Shown here: in pieces, positions 9,075 to 19,400 of the stretch
How positions within the stretch are numbered: the first letter of the stretch is position 1
How the letters are laid out: every line of letters begins with the position of its first letter
Origin: a bacterium
GTDB lineage: Bacteria > Hinthialibacterota > Hinthialibacteria > Hinthialibacterales > Hinthialibacteraceae
Length of the DNA: 64,000 nt
Assembly: GCA_963662285.2 (NCBI GenBank)
Contig: CAXXMV010000002.1
Coordinates: 64,001-128,000 of the forward strand
Direction of reading: 5' to 3'
Translations under genes and position numbers: made by a program
The notes under the pieces: model-generated
What the model saw: only the letters and a program-made list of their open reading frames with translations
Told to the model about the DNA's origin: nothing
The model's database searches: none

Positions 9075-9944
9075 CTATTTTAATGCTTCCACCATACGCT
9101 CGCCGATTTCCGCTGGACTCTCGCAAACGCTGACCCCGGCTTCTTGCAAAGCGGTTTCTTTTTCTACGGCGGTTCCTTTGCCTCCGGCGATGATGGCGCC
9201 GGCATGGCCCATGCGCTTCCCTGGAGGAGCGGTTTTACCGGCGATGAAAGCAACCACCGGTTTTTTGAATTCCGCTTTGATATATTCAGCGGCGTCTTCT
9301 TCCGCATTGCCGCCAATCTCTCCAATCAGCACTACGCCTTTGGTTTGATCATCATCATTAAAGGCTTTTAAGCAATCGACGAAAGTCGTTCCAATAATTG
9401 GATCGCCGCCGATGCCGATGCAGGTGGATTGCCCCAATTTAGCGTCAGTGATCTGTTGAACCGCTTCATAGGTCAACGTCCCGCTACGCGACACGACGCC
9501 AACGCAGCCCTCCAAATGAACGAATCCGGGCATAATGCCCAGTTTGCATTTGCCAGGGGAAATCACGCCAGGGCAATTAGGTCCGATCAAACGGGAATTT
9601 TTCGTTCTAAGCAATTCCTTAACTTTAACCATGTCCAAAGTGGGTATGCCTTCAGTGATGCATACAATCAATTCGATACCAGCATCAGCGGCTTCCATAA
9701 TAGCGTCGGCGGCGAATGGAGGAGGCACGAAAATCACTGTAGCATTCGCATTGGTAACTTCCTTAGCTTCCGCCATAGTATCGAATATTGGAATATTGAG
9801 ATGCTTGGTCCCCCCTTTTCCAGGGGTTACTCCCCCGACCACATTAGTTCCATATTGAATACATTGCTCAGTATGAAAAGTACCCTCTTGTCCGGTTATG
9901 CCTTGAACCAGAACGCGTGTTTTTTTATCCACAAAGATAGACAT
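9075..9944 (-). CDS. sucD: Succinyl-CoA synthetase alpha subunit
   Basis: [32 protein letters not shown] and MGHAGAI (phospho-His). Confidence 0.97.
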   Translation of the reverse strand: MSIFVDKKTRVLVQGITGQEGTFHTEQCIQYGTNVVGGVTPGKGGTKHLNIPIFDTMAEAKEVTNANATVIFVPPPFAADAIMEAADAGIELIVCITEGIPTLDMVKVKELLRTKNSRLIGPNCPGVISPGKCKLGIMPGFVHLEGCVGVVSRSGTLTYEAVQQITDAKLGQSTCIGIGGDPIIGTTFVDCLKAFNDDDQTKGVVLIGEIGGNAEEDAAEYIKAEFKKPVVAFIAGKTAPPGKRMGHAGAIIAGGKGTAVEKETALQEAGVSVCESPAEIGERMVEALK

Positions 9945-11676
9945 ATCCCTCTCCTGTTGATTGGGTTTTTGATGTCAAGAAGTGCTGCATTCTATCATGG
10001 TAGCCGCAAGACGCAAGCGCACTTCTTCTTCCGTGCATAGCTATTTCTTCTCTTTTTTTCGGATGTTCGAGATAATAATTCGCCAGATCAACCAATTCTT
10101 CCGGCGTACGGAAGACTACGAAATCCTTGCCCGGCTCAAATTCGTCAGCCAGACCCGGAGCGTCAGTGGTCATCAAAAATCCACCACTGGCCAGTACGTC
10201 ATACACCCGTGGATTCGGCGCCGTCACGCATTGAACATGAAATATATTAATATTTATTTTTACCGAAGCATACAGAGACGGTAGTTCAGTATAGTAATTG
10301 ATTCGCTTTCCACCATAACAGCCCCGAAGCCGACCCGCAGCCGGATCGTTTTTCCATTCCTCGCCGCCAAAAACCACCAATCCCAAATCAGGCAAAGCAT
10401 CAAGATATATTCGGCGGCGTAACGCAGCTGCTTTATTTTCTAGCAATTCCACTAATGGTCCTCGATATGTCCACCCATGACGGCCAAAAACCTCCGCCGC
10501 CATTGGCGCCAGATTCAGTGGATTTAAGATATCCATGTTCTTCAATATTTCATTAACTGAATCCACCAAGGCGGAATCTAATTGAGCGAATCCCTTTTCC
10601 AAAACAGAAAAACTACTTGATCCCAACTCCCCCACGAAAGCCATATCAATATCCGAGAATTCATCATTGCGCCGGGACAGCGATGGATCAATTCCATAAC
10701 CGGTGCGCACTTCCAGAATTTCCGCATTGCAACGTTCTTCTAGAAATGGAATATATGTTTTATCAAACACGCCGATCACGTCACATCCATCAAAATCTGC
10801 TTTATCAAAAGCATAGCGCCGTGGATTATCGACGAACCAGGAAATTTTTCTACATGGCGCCTCCGCCAGCGTCTTATGAGAACTGAACTTACCCGGCGTC
10901 GAATTCAAAAAGAACGCCGTATCAAATGGATGTTTATTGTATTCCTCAATCCACGCTGTTGACCGGACAAAACGATAAAGTGGATTCTTCCACTGCAAAC
11001 GGTCTGCGTTATAACCCAACCGGCGAAAAGCCTGCACGCTGGCGTCTTGCAAATAATTATGCCCGGCTTCAAAAAAACGAATGGCCTGCGCATAAGGCGG
11101 TCGGGGAGTTTTTGCATGACGCGCCAGCATCTTTTGCATGTATTGATCAAGTCGTTCCCGGTAATGCGAGAAAAACTTTTCAATAATATCCCGGCGCTCT
11201 TTTTGATCTTGCGTATCACCCGAATAAACAATCAGATCGGCGTCAGCAATACCTGGATATCTATGCAACAATTTTTTCAAGTCATCATTCAGACATTGGC
11301 CAAAAACTATTATGCAGCGCTCAGACTCAATAATCATACGCCAGTCTTCTTGCTCAAATGCTGTTCGCACTGCATCTAGCCGGTCTTCAATCAAGAGCAG
11401 TCGGCCATTGCATTCATGCCTTAAACTCTCCAATTGGATATGATCAAAGAGCCGACGGGCCAAAACGCCGCTGGTGAACCGGTCAACCACATGCAGTTCA
11501 ACCGCAGCATTCCAGCAGCGTTTAATTTCATCTTCAGCGTATTGTTCTATAGTTTCTTTAGAATCCAGAGAGGATACTGATACAGATTCCGCAATAGCGC
11601 ATCGCAGCTGCTCCGCCTGTTCAGGATAAATCGCCGCTAATGAATTAAGATTATTGTCAAATATCGATCCGCACAT
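9925..11676 (-). CDS. CgeB-like glycosyltransferase (Glyco_trans_1_2)
   Basis: [34 protein letters not shown] and [24 protein letters not shown]. Confidence 0.82.
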   Translation of the reverse strand: MCGSIFDNNLNSLAAIYPEQAEQLRCAIAESVSVSSLDSKETIEQYAEDEIKRCWNAAVELHVVDRFTSGVLARRLFDHIQLESLRHECNGRLLLIEDRLDAVRTAFEQEDWRMIIESERCIIVFGQCLNDDLKKLLHRYPGIADADLIVYSGDTQDQKERRDIIEKFFSHYRERLDQYMQKMLARHAKTPRPPYAQAIRFFEAGHNYLQDASVQAFRRLGYNADRLQWKNPLYRFVRSTAWIEEYNKHPFDTAFFLNSTPGKFSSHKTLAEAPCRKISWFVDNPRRYAFDKADFDGCDVIGVFDKTYIPFLEERCNAEILEVRTGYGIDPSLSRRNDEFSDIDMAFVGELGSSSFSVLEKGFAQLDSALVDSVNEILKNMDILNPLNLAPMAAEVFGRHGWTYRGPLVELLENKAAALRRRIYLDALPDLGLVVFGGEEWKNDPAAGRLRGCYGGKRINYYTELPSLYASVKININIFHVQCVTAPNPRVYDVLASGGFLMTTDAPGLADEFEPGKDFVVFRTPEELVDLANYYLEHPKKREEIAMHGRRSALASCGYHDRMQHFLTSKTQSTGEGYVYLCG

Positions 11677-11831
11677 AAAAATATCTTGTAATTGTTCAGC
11701 CTATTATTCCTCCCCCAAGCCTGGGGGAGGTTAGGTGTGTATGAACCGGGCACATCCTTTACAGAATAAACCGGGCACATGGTTTACACAAGTCGATACT
11801 AAGAACCGACCAGAAGAAAGGAGTCGGTTCG

Positions 11832-13043
11832 ATGACTTGGAAGGAAAACAGTGCCATGGATGCAAGAATGAAATTTATTGCGGATGTCCTCCGCAAAGAA
11901 GACACACTAAGCGCCTTATGCCAAGCATATGGCATTAGTAGACCAACCGGATATAAATGGATCAAGCGCTATCAGGAAGACGGTCCTGGTGGATTGGAGG
12001 AGCGATCCCGGGCGCCCCATACCCAAGCACTAGCCGTTTCTAAAGAGACCGAAAAAGAAGTGAAGGCTATGCGAAAAAAGTTTCCGCACTACGGTCCTAA
12101 AAAATTACGGGTGGAACTGAAAAAAAAGGATGCGACGAAGCACTGGCCGGCAATCAGTACGATTGGCGAGATACTAAAACGCAAAAATCTGATTGTCAGC
12201 CGCAAGCAAAAAGATCGCGCCAAACCAAGTGGTGAAGCGTTAACCGAATTCGACCAAGTGAACCGCGTATGGTGCGCGGATTTCAAAGGAGATTTTCTAA
12301 CGGGAGACGAACATCGATGTTTCCCTTTAACCGTATCGGAAGGGGCTAGCCGCTATTTACTCTGCTGCCAAGGCATGCAAGAAACCAATGGCGCATTGGT
12401 ACGCGTAATTTTCGAGCAGATTTTTCGCGAGTATGGTTTACCAGAAGTCATTCGAACGGATAACGGGGCGCCCTTTGCGTCGACCGGAATCGGAGGGTTA
12501 ACCAAATTATCCGTGTGGTGGATAAAACTGAGAATTTATCCAGAACGAATCCAGCCGGGTCGGCCTCAACAAAATGGCCGTCATGAGCGAATTCACCGGA
12601 CCTTGAAAGCAGAGGCCATTTCTCCACCAGCGCCAACGCTGCGTGAACAACAAAAACGTTTTGATCAATTTCAAAAAGTGTACAACGAAGAGCGGCCTCA
12701 TGAGAGTTTGGGACAACGACCTCCCGCGCAGTTGTATCAACCCTCGCCGCGCGTCTATTCAGGTAAAGCGCCGAATTGGGAGTATCCAGAGACCATGCAG
12801 GTGCGCCAAGTGAAAACCCATGGTGAAATCAGTTGGCGAAGCAAGCATTGGTATTTGGGGGAAGCTTTGGGAGGTGAATTGGTGGGACTAGAGGAATTGG
12901 AATAGAATAATTGGCGCATTAGTTTGGGTAACGTGATTCTCGGTTGGTTGAATATGTCAAAAGGTGAGGTGGTGCGTGAATTGTCTTTGAGACGCATCAA
13001 TCATCCAAAAGCAATCAGTCACCCGGCAGTATGTCCCAGGTAA
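11832..13043 (+). pseudogene. IS481-family transposase with in-frame TAG at 12903-12905
   Basis: WCADFKG, IRTDNGAPF and QQNGRHERIHRTLK. The frame continues after the TAG as NNWRISLGNVILGWLN... to TAA at 13043. Confidence 0.75.
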
Positions 13044-13168
13044 AAAATGAGCTAGGGAAGTATCAAGATGATGAATAATTCAGGTATTAATTTTCCTGAG
13101 ATTGAATCCAGATCGTCTCTTTTTCGAGAAAATCAAAGAGCGCACGGGTGAAAAAAAAGGTGGCAATA

Positions 13169-13365
13169 TCGGGGGCGCCGCCCCCGTACCCCCGGAGTTT
13201 TTTTAGGCATTAGCACAAACTCCAGATAGTATGCAAAAAAAAGCAAAGGGACGGTTCTAAATCCGTCCCTTTAGCGACTATCCGTCGCCCGTGCACCAGG
13301 ATATCCCTTGACAGGTTGCTCTCCAGCAGAGCCTGTCTCCGTTTCTCCTGGTGATAATAACTATC
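13169..13365. ncRNA. Putative structured non-coding module in the 3' region of IS481-B
   Basis: Stems GGAGTTT/AAACTCC, GATAGT/ACTATC, AAAGGGACGG/CCGTCCCTTT and CACCAGGA/TCCTGGTG. Core 13302-13345 is homologous to 1666-1708. Confidence 0.55.
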
Positions 13366-13673
13366 GGATAGCTCGAAATAATCTGTAGAAAAAGAAGTAA
13401 AAAAACAGTTCTAGCAAGTAAGCAATTCAGAATACGTTGATATACCTGAAAACGGATTATCTCTTTAAAAAAACAGATAAGTTGCCATAATTTGCGAGAC
13501 AAAAGTGTAAACCATGTGCCCGGTCTAAAGTGTAAACTATGTGCCCGGTCATTCAGGTGGGGGTTGATCCGTCAAAGCGCAACCCCTCTCTAACTCCCCC
13601 CAAACTTGGGAGGAGAATTTGAGTCTTAATATTATTAAGCAAGCATGTTTTTGTATCTTACCAGCCAACAGCC

Positions 13674-15038
13674 TCAGCCCTCAGCAATAGGAACGATTCC
13701 CAAACCAACGCCATTTAAGCAGCCCGTTTGAATGTTGCCATTTTTGGGTTTGAACGAACCGGGAAAACGATCCTGCCAGCCCTGATTAGCGATAGGACAA
13801 TATTGACGCCCATTACCCTCAATGGCGGCGATAGTTGGTATATGCGACGCCAGACCCGCTGAATGAAGAAATGACGCACCAGGACAGGTTAAATCCTGCA
13901 CGCAGAGAAACAGCCCGTATTTCTGCGCCGCAGCACCCATCAAAAGAGCCTGGCTCTGCCCTTTACACGCCTTGAGCGCCACTCCGGTGTAACCCAGTTC
14001 ACGCGATAGCAGCAGACTTTCAAAATCCACCAAAGATTCGTCGATTACCACTGGTTTTATCTCCGCCGCGCGATGCATTTTATTATCGGGAAATGCCTTC
14101 AAATCACGCGCTGTTGGTTGTTCGATATATTGTACGCGATCCATGGCGCGGGGCGCTTTTTCCGCAACCCGTTTCAGAAAGTCCAGCAGATACTCAACGC
14201 TGGCGCAGCGCTCATTAAAATCAAGCGAATAACACCACTGGTCATTCCCCCGTTTTTGCTGCGCTTCTTCGGTAATTTTATCTATGCGTGATACCCGCTC
14301 AACATCCCAATCTATATTGTCGCCATTCAGTTTAATCTTCAGGTGAGTCAGTTCATCAGCAGCTATCCACTCGGGCAGCGTTTCCGGCATTCCATCATTC
14401 AAACGTTTTTCAATATCTTCTTCCAGCAATGGATCAACGGCGCCAATCAGGTGATACAACGGCATACTAGGTTTCGGCTCAAGAGTAACATACTGATCCA
14501 GATATTCACCCGCAAACTCTGCGTTCAAATAATGAGACAAATCATGATTCATATATTCACGGCCATAAGTGTAATAGCAGTGCAATCCCTGTAATTTACC
14601 AAACGCATCATGAATCGCTGCGTCAAATGGACTGGCTACGACCAGCATACACAACACCGGGATGGACTCTTCCAACCCGCATCCCGCCTTAACTTTTGGC
14701 AGCGCCTGCCGGTATAGAGGCTCCAAAACCGCATTTATACCCACGGGATGATCATAATCATCATAACTTTCCGTAATATCCCGGATTTCCGCAGCCAACG
14801 CTTTCATGGCCGCCAGGGTTTCATCATAACTATGCTTCCGGCTGGGAAACGACCACACATTGCCCAAAGGCATAGAACCGAAGCCTTCCATCTCCCGCCC
14901 GTTACGATCCTTCACTCGAACGTAAACGTTCAATAAAGTAACTTTATCGGTGATGATTCCCCCGAATTTTAATGGAGACCGGTAAGCGTGATCTTCATAT
15001 TCGATTCTAACTTTTTGGATTGTTATATCTGTCTGCAT
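13674..15038 (-). CDS. Mandelate racemase/muconate lactonizing enzyme (enolase superfamily) protein
   Basis: HLKIKL (KxK), SLDFNE, YIEQP and VIDES metal ligands, ALKACKG. Confidence 0.85.
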   Translation of the reverse strand: MQTDITIQKVRIEYEDHAYRSPLKFGGIITDKVTLLNVYVRVKDRNGREMEGFGSMPLGNVWSFPSRKHSYDETLAAMKALAAEIRDITESYDDYDHPVGINAVLEPLYRQALPKVKAGCGLEESIPVLCMLVVASPFDAAIHDAFGKLQGLHCYYTYGREYMNHDLSHYLNAEFAGEYLDQYVTLEPKPSMPLYHLIGAVDPLLEEDIEKRLNDGMPETLPEWIAADELTHLKIKLNGDNIDWDVERVSRIDKITEEAQQKRGNDQWCYSLDFNERCASVEYLLDFLKRVAEKAPRAMDRVQYIEQPTARDLKAFPDNKMHRAAEIKPVVIDESLVDFESLLLSRELGYTGVALKACKGQSQALLMGAAAQKYGLFLCVQDLTCPGASFLHSAGLASHIPTIAAIEGNGRQYCPIANQGWQDRFPGSFKPKNGNIQTGCLNGVGLGIVPIAEG

Positions 15039-15105
15039 AGCGACCTCATCAGGAAAATTTTTTCATACGTATCCATTATGCTACAACAAAAGCGCAGCTA
15101 AGGGC

Positions 15106-15219
15106 TATAGCGGTTAACAAAAATATATTCGTATTGAAAACTTTGGATTTGTTAAAAGTCCCATCTTTTGGGGACTTTTAACAATCGCATTAACGCATGA
15201 TATATTGAGAATCGCTCTA
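15106..15219. repeat. TA(G/T)AGCG...CGCTCTA MITE-like element with internal palindrome
   Basis: Ends TATAGCGGTT / AATCGCTCTA and an internal TTGTTAAAAGTCCC..GGGACTTTTAACAA hairpin. Confidence 0.5.
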
Positions 15220-15236
15220 GTTCTCACGCAGGTTAT

Positions 15237-16049
15237 TTATAACACGCCCAGTTCACGCAGACGTTCCCGCGCCATGGGGGCTTCTTGGGAGAGTGGATGA
15301 TTTTCTAAAAGAATAAAGAGCGCTTCTTTACCCTCGGTTATCTTTCCACTATTTATATAGGCGCAGCCTTTTTGCAAGATTGCTTTTGGCGCCATTGAGT
15401 GATCGGGGTATGCGTTCTCAAACCGGGAAAAGCATTGTATTGCTTTTTGCCATTCGCGATTTTGATAATGGCACTCACCGGCCCAATAAAGGCTTATGGC
15501 TTTCAGTTTTACATCATGCGCGTATGAATAAGCAAATATAAAATCTTCTGCGGCTAATTCGAATTGTTTATTGTTATATTTCTCACAGGCTTTCTTAAAT
15601 AGGGTGACTGATTCCTGCTGGTTTGCATCTATCCCGGATGATTCAATATTTTCAGTAACATATTTTGGTTCTACAGCAACAGATGCTGTATTTTTTTCTT
15701 CTGAAATATCACTGGGAGAATTAAAAACCATTTCTCGTGTTTTAATTCCGGGATTTGCCTGCTCTATCATATCACGAATCTGCATTAGCGCCTTCTGTTG
15801 CCGTTCCCGCGCTTGAGATTGATTCTCCTGATAGACAATCATTCGATTTGAGATAGAACCGAAATCTTGATTAATTTCTGTTATTGAACTTTTGGTGGTT
15901 GTGCATGAAGTAAGCAAGAACAATCCAAATAGAGCTGATGATAGTATTAACAGGGATTTCAGAGGCATGGATATACCAGATTTCCCTGATAATATTTGGA
16001 GCAAACCGCTGCTATAACTATGCTTAGATAGATTCAGTCCTCGCCGCAT
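15237..16049 (-). CDS. CpoB/YbgF-like TPR lipoprotein
   Basis: Lipobox-like LLTSC, a coiled coil, then TPRs (SLYWAGECHY..YPDHSMAPKAILQKG..HPLSQEAPMARERL). Confidence 0.75.
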   Translation of the reverse strand: MRRGLNLSKHSYSSGLLQILSGKSGISMPLKSLLILSSALFGLFLLTSCTTTKSSITEINQDFGSISNRMIVYQENQSQARERQQKALMQIRDMIEQANPGIKTREMVFNSPSDISEEKNTASVAVEPKYVTENIESSGIDANQQESVTLFKKACEKYNNKQFELAAEDFIFAYSYAHDVKLKAISLYWAGECHYQNREWQKAIQCFSRFENAYPDHSMAPKAILQKGCAYINSGKITEGKEALFILLENHPLSQEAPMARERLRELGVL

Positions 16050-16552
16050 TTTTTCTCGTCCCAGATCAACAAATTAAAAATAACACAAAATAAAGAAAAT
16101 ATTCAGCCGCCATGTTTATCTTATTAAATCAAAGCAACCGAAATAAATACATTTCTCTAAATATTATTACCAAAAAAACAATTTCTTGAGAACTGGAAGA
16201 GATCATTATTTGAAAAGAAAATACTATTAATTATATTTCTCCTGATTTACATCTACTATGACGAAACGGTAAAAAGTCAAAAACTGCTTATAAAACCACA
16301 ATATTTAGTGGAAATTCATGATACTTGTATACAAGATACAGTTTGAGTTTCGTCTTTCATCCACTTTTTTCCGACTCGTCATACTGCGAGCCACAACTTC
16401 CATATCCAATAATCATCCTATTTATTCAATTCCCCATTAATCCAATAATCCAAACATCTTGGAAAAATCGTGTTTGAGGCTATTATATTAACCAAATCTT
16501 AATTATTGATATACTTGCGTGTTTTTCTGAGATGCGCTTTAGGAGGAAGATA

Positions 16553-16642
16553 ATGGCAAAAGGCAAGAATAAGAAAGCTCACAAACTACGCTGGAGATCA
16601 AAAAAAGCCCAGCACGGGAACCGACCAAACAAAGGTCGTTAA
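16553..16642 (+). CDS. Small basic protein, bL37-like 50S ribosomal protein
   Basis: AGGAGG RBS, then MAKGKNKKAHKLRWRSKKAQHGNRPNKGR (29 aa). The KAxHGxRPN motif resembles bL37. Below the ORF-track length cutoff. Confidence 0.75.
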   Translation: MAKGKNKKAHKLRWRSKKAQHGNRPNKGR

Positions 16643-16800
16643 TCAATAAGGCTTTTAATTTCAAAAAGTTACGAAAGAGGAAGATTGTTTTAGAGCAATC
16701 TTCCATTTCATTTTAAAACGCTGTTTTTATAGAAATAGACATTTTAGTTACATCTAATCCCCCTCTTTTCCCCTATTAGTAGAAACGCCTGTCAAAAATT

Positions 16801-17931
16801 ATGCGCTCAATAGGGAGAAAAAGTATGTCCACTAATCAAGACATAAATATTTTATTTTTAGATAACAATGACCAACCCTACGCTTCCACCACAAAACCAA
16901 GAAAATTTATAGTGAAATCTGGCTTCGGCGCCATGTCCCGGCGCTGTTGGCTCGAATTATTCAACGAAGACCTGCATATTAACGCCCAACTGGGAACCAT
17001 TATCGAGATTTACTTAAATGGGCAACGCCGTTTTCGAGGCCGCATCCAGGAGCGGCGCATAGACTCCATCGACGACTATATCTCTTTCTACGCCCAAAAT
17101 AATCCCGCACTTGAATATAACCGCCTGATTTATAATGGATTCGAAAACATGACGGTTACCGAAATGCTTGATAGTTTATTATCTTCCAGCGAACTAAGCA
17201 GGATAGACTCATTCAACCATATCACCCGCTTCAGCCGAATGGAATTCTCCGGCGAAAACCTTTTTTCAGTCATTGATCTATTGGCGAAATTGGCAGGAAA
17301 CTGGTATTGGGACATTTCAGAAGAAGGTCAAATTTCCTTTCGCCCCCAAAAACTATATCCCGACCATCAAATAACCCTGCAAAAAGATCAAGATACTATT
17401 AATATCCGTGAAACCGCCAAAGACGCCTACCCATATATCGAACTCTATGGCGGAGTTTATGGTGGCGGCGCCTATGACCAATTGATAGAAATCCCCTCAT
17501 GTTTAAATGCATCCTTAAAAAACAGAACGCGCATTTATGTCCGTTCTATTGCCAGCTTAGATGCATACTCCGCTCTGCGCCGCGCCATAGAACAACAAAT
17601 GTCTATGCCCCATTACGAACATTATGTCGATTTCGCCGGTGACAATGTTTCTGTCTCTACTGGAAATACCGTTCAATTCAATATTCAATACCTTCCCGTA
17701 TTTCCCCGGCGGCAAATCTTCCGCATAAAAATACACGAGATCACCTACGCCCATGAAATTATCCGCACCCGTTTACACCTGACATCCGGCGCCGAATCTT
17801 CCACTCCGTATTTTGATTATTTCCGCATCGACAGACCAACTTTCCCATTGAACATGCAAGGCCAAACAGGAGAATTTCGCTTGGATATATCCGCGCTGGA
17901 TTCTCTATCTCATCTGGATTCAACTACATAA
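16801..17931 (+). CDS. Phage tail/baseplate-hub (gpD/gp44-like) protein, orphan
   Basis: YLNGQRRFRGRI, FENMTVTEMLDSLL and GENLFSVIDLLAKLAGNWYWDISEEGQISFRP follow the pattern of tail-hub proteins. Start probably 16824. Confidence 0.5.
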   Translation: MRSIGRKSMSTNQDINILFLDNNDQPYASTTKPRKFIVKSGFGAMSRRCWLELFNEDLHINAQLGTIIEIYLNGQRRFRGRIQERRIDSIDDYISFYAQNNPALEYNRLIYNGFENMTVTEMLDSLLSSSELSRIDSFNHITRFSRMEFSGENLFSVIDLLAKLAGNWYWDISEEGQISFRPQKLYPDHQITLQKDQDTINIRETAKDAYPYIELYGGVYGGGAYDQLIEIPSCLNASLKNRTRIYVRSIASLDAYSALRRAIEQQMSMPHYEHYVDFAGDNVSVSTGNTVQFNIQYLPVFPRRQIFRIKIHEITYAHEIIRTRLHLTSGAESSTPYFDYFRIDRPTFPLNMQGQTGEFRLDISALDSLSHLDSTT

Positions 17932-17949
17932 AAAATGTCTCACTGGATT

Positions 17950-17985
17950 CCTCTCCCAATCTTGGGAGAGGCTATGAGAGGATTG
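17950..17985. repeat. CCTCTCCC-type REP palindrome
   Basis: CCTCTCCCAA-tc-TTGGGAGAGG followed by a degenerate CTATGAGAGG tail. Confidence 0.65.
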
Positions 17986-18190
17986 ATAATAATAATCCAA
18001 TAATTCCCGGCAAATATTCAACATTATTCAGCAGATTTTCATGAAATTGATGTCTATTATTCACCAGAATTAAAATAACTTGAATTGGATATTTCATCAA
18101 CAACAACCGTTTTCAGTATTATTCAGGCCTTTTGCTTCATCTATCCCTCCTGTAATCTATGAGAAATAGAATTATTTATAGATATAAATT

Positions 18191-19270
18191 TTGATGCATA
18201 TCAATCTTTTTTTAAGGAGTAATGAAATGAAGCGAATGACAGGATTATGGCTATTAGCGTTTACGCTGGTTACCGGTATTGCCTCGGCTCAGCCGGTTAT
18301 GGGAAACTGGCAGGGAGAATTCACTAGCGAGAGTTGGCAAAACTGCACCCTTCGGGCGCAAATTGTTGGAGAAAGCCGCTCTGATTACCGGGCATACTTC
18401 TATGTAGCAGAAAAAGACGAACAAGAACAACAAGCCATCATCAAAGGAAAAACACTTAATAGTAAAACTACGTTCCTCGGCGACATCCAACTTAGCGATA
18501 AACGAGGCGGTGTTTACACCCTGAATGCGGAAGTTATTAAAGGAGTTTTCACCGGAACCCTTAAAAGCAAAAGCGGCGATTCCATCGCATCATTCAAAAT
18601 GACTCGGGTTTATTTAAAGTCTCCTACCCTCGGCATGAAACCGCCTGCCGACGCTCTAGTCTTAATGATGGATCAAGGTCAGAATCCAGAAGAACAAAAA
18701 GCATTGTATGCGAAACAGAAAGAATTATTTTTTGATAATTGGGAAATTCAACCTCACTGGGATGTGATGTCTGACGGTTCTATCCGCATGAAAGGCAGTT
18801 CCATTATTTCTAAAGAAGAATTTGGAAGCTTTTTTATGCATTTAGAATTTAAAACGCCCTATATGCCAGACGCCCGTGGCCAGGCTCGTGGAAATTCCGG
18901 GTTTTACGTGCAGGGCCGTTATGAAGTTCAGATTTTAGATAACTTCACCGATCCAACCAGAGATAACCACTGCGGCGGCATCTACCAACAGGCTGTTCCT
19001 CTTCTAAATGCCTGCCTCCCGCCAGAAGAATGGCAGACCTACGACATCGAATTCACCGCTCCCAAATTTGACGCCGACGGCAAAAAAATCAAAAACGCCA
19101 GGCTTACCGTTAAGCATAATGGCAAGGTTATCCACGATGACATCGAATTACGCCATTGCACCCCGGGCGGTTTGTATGGCGGCAAAGAAGCTCCTACTGG
19201 CAAAATATTCATCCAGGATCATGGCGATTACCCAAGTTTCAAAAACGCCTGGATAAAACCCTTAAACTAA
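18191..19270 (+). CDS. DUF1080 (3-keto-disaccharide hydrolase) domain secreted protein
   Basis: Signal peptide, FGSFFMHLEF, RGNSGFYVQGRYEVQILD, WQTYDIEF and IQDHG. Confidence 0.88.
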   Translation: MMHINLFLRSNEMKRMTGLWLLAFTLVTGIASAQPVMGNWQGEFTSESWQNCTLRAQIVGESRSDYRAYFYVAEKDEQEQQAIIKGKTLNSKTTFLGDIQLSDKRGGVYTLNAEVIKGVFTGTLKSKSGDSIASFKMTRVYLKSPTLGMKPPADALVLMMDQGQNPEEQKALYAKQKELFFDNWEIQPHWDVMSDGSIRMKGSSIISKEEFGSFFMHLEFKTPYMPDARGQARGNSGFYVQGRYEVQILDNFTDPTRDNHCGGIYQQAVPLLNACLPPEEWQTYDIEFTAPKFDADGKKIKNARLTVKHNGKVIHDDIELRHCTPGGLYGGKEAPTGKIFIQDHGDYPSFKNAWIKPLN

Positions 19271-19400
19271 TCTGGAAGAGTTCAAAACCGATAGCATCAC
19301 CTATAGCATAAAAAATTAGAGCGGAGCAGGTCGTTGACTTGCTCCGCTTTTGATATACTTATACAAAACGCTATAGTAACTAAATCCCTCTCCCAACGGG

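Larger units (their letters stand above)
11738..13555 (+). mobile_element. IS481-family insertion sequence (IS481-B, about 1818 bp)
   Basis: Ends TGTATGAACCGGGCACAT / ATGTGCCCGGTCATTCA with doubled CCGGGCACAT..TTTACA repeats. Target duplication GGTG (or AGGTG) on both sides. Confidence 0.9.
11707..13617. repeat. Inverted REP doublet (CCTCCCCCAAG/CTGGGGGAGG...AACTCCCCCCAAACTTGGGAGGAG) split by IS481-B
   Basis: 11707-11737 and 13556-13617 rejoin into a REPIN-like pair of inverted palindromes. Confidence 0.8.

Noticed and set aside
8878-9126. 213-aa version of the BlaI ORF
   Set aside because: The extension crosses the sucD end, terminator and promoter. RBS and homology support ATG 8877.
12903-12905. 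Amber recoding (pyrrolysine or alternative genetic code)
   Set aside because: Many normal genes here end in TAG at the expected position (lptD, sucD, pckG). A point mutation is simpler.
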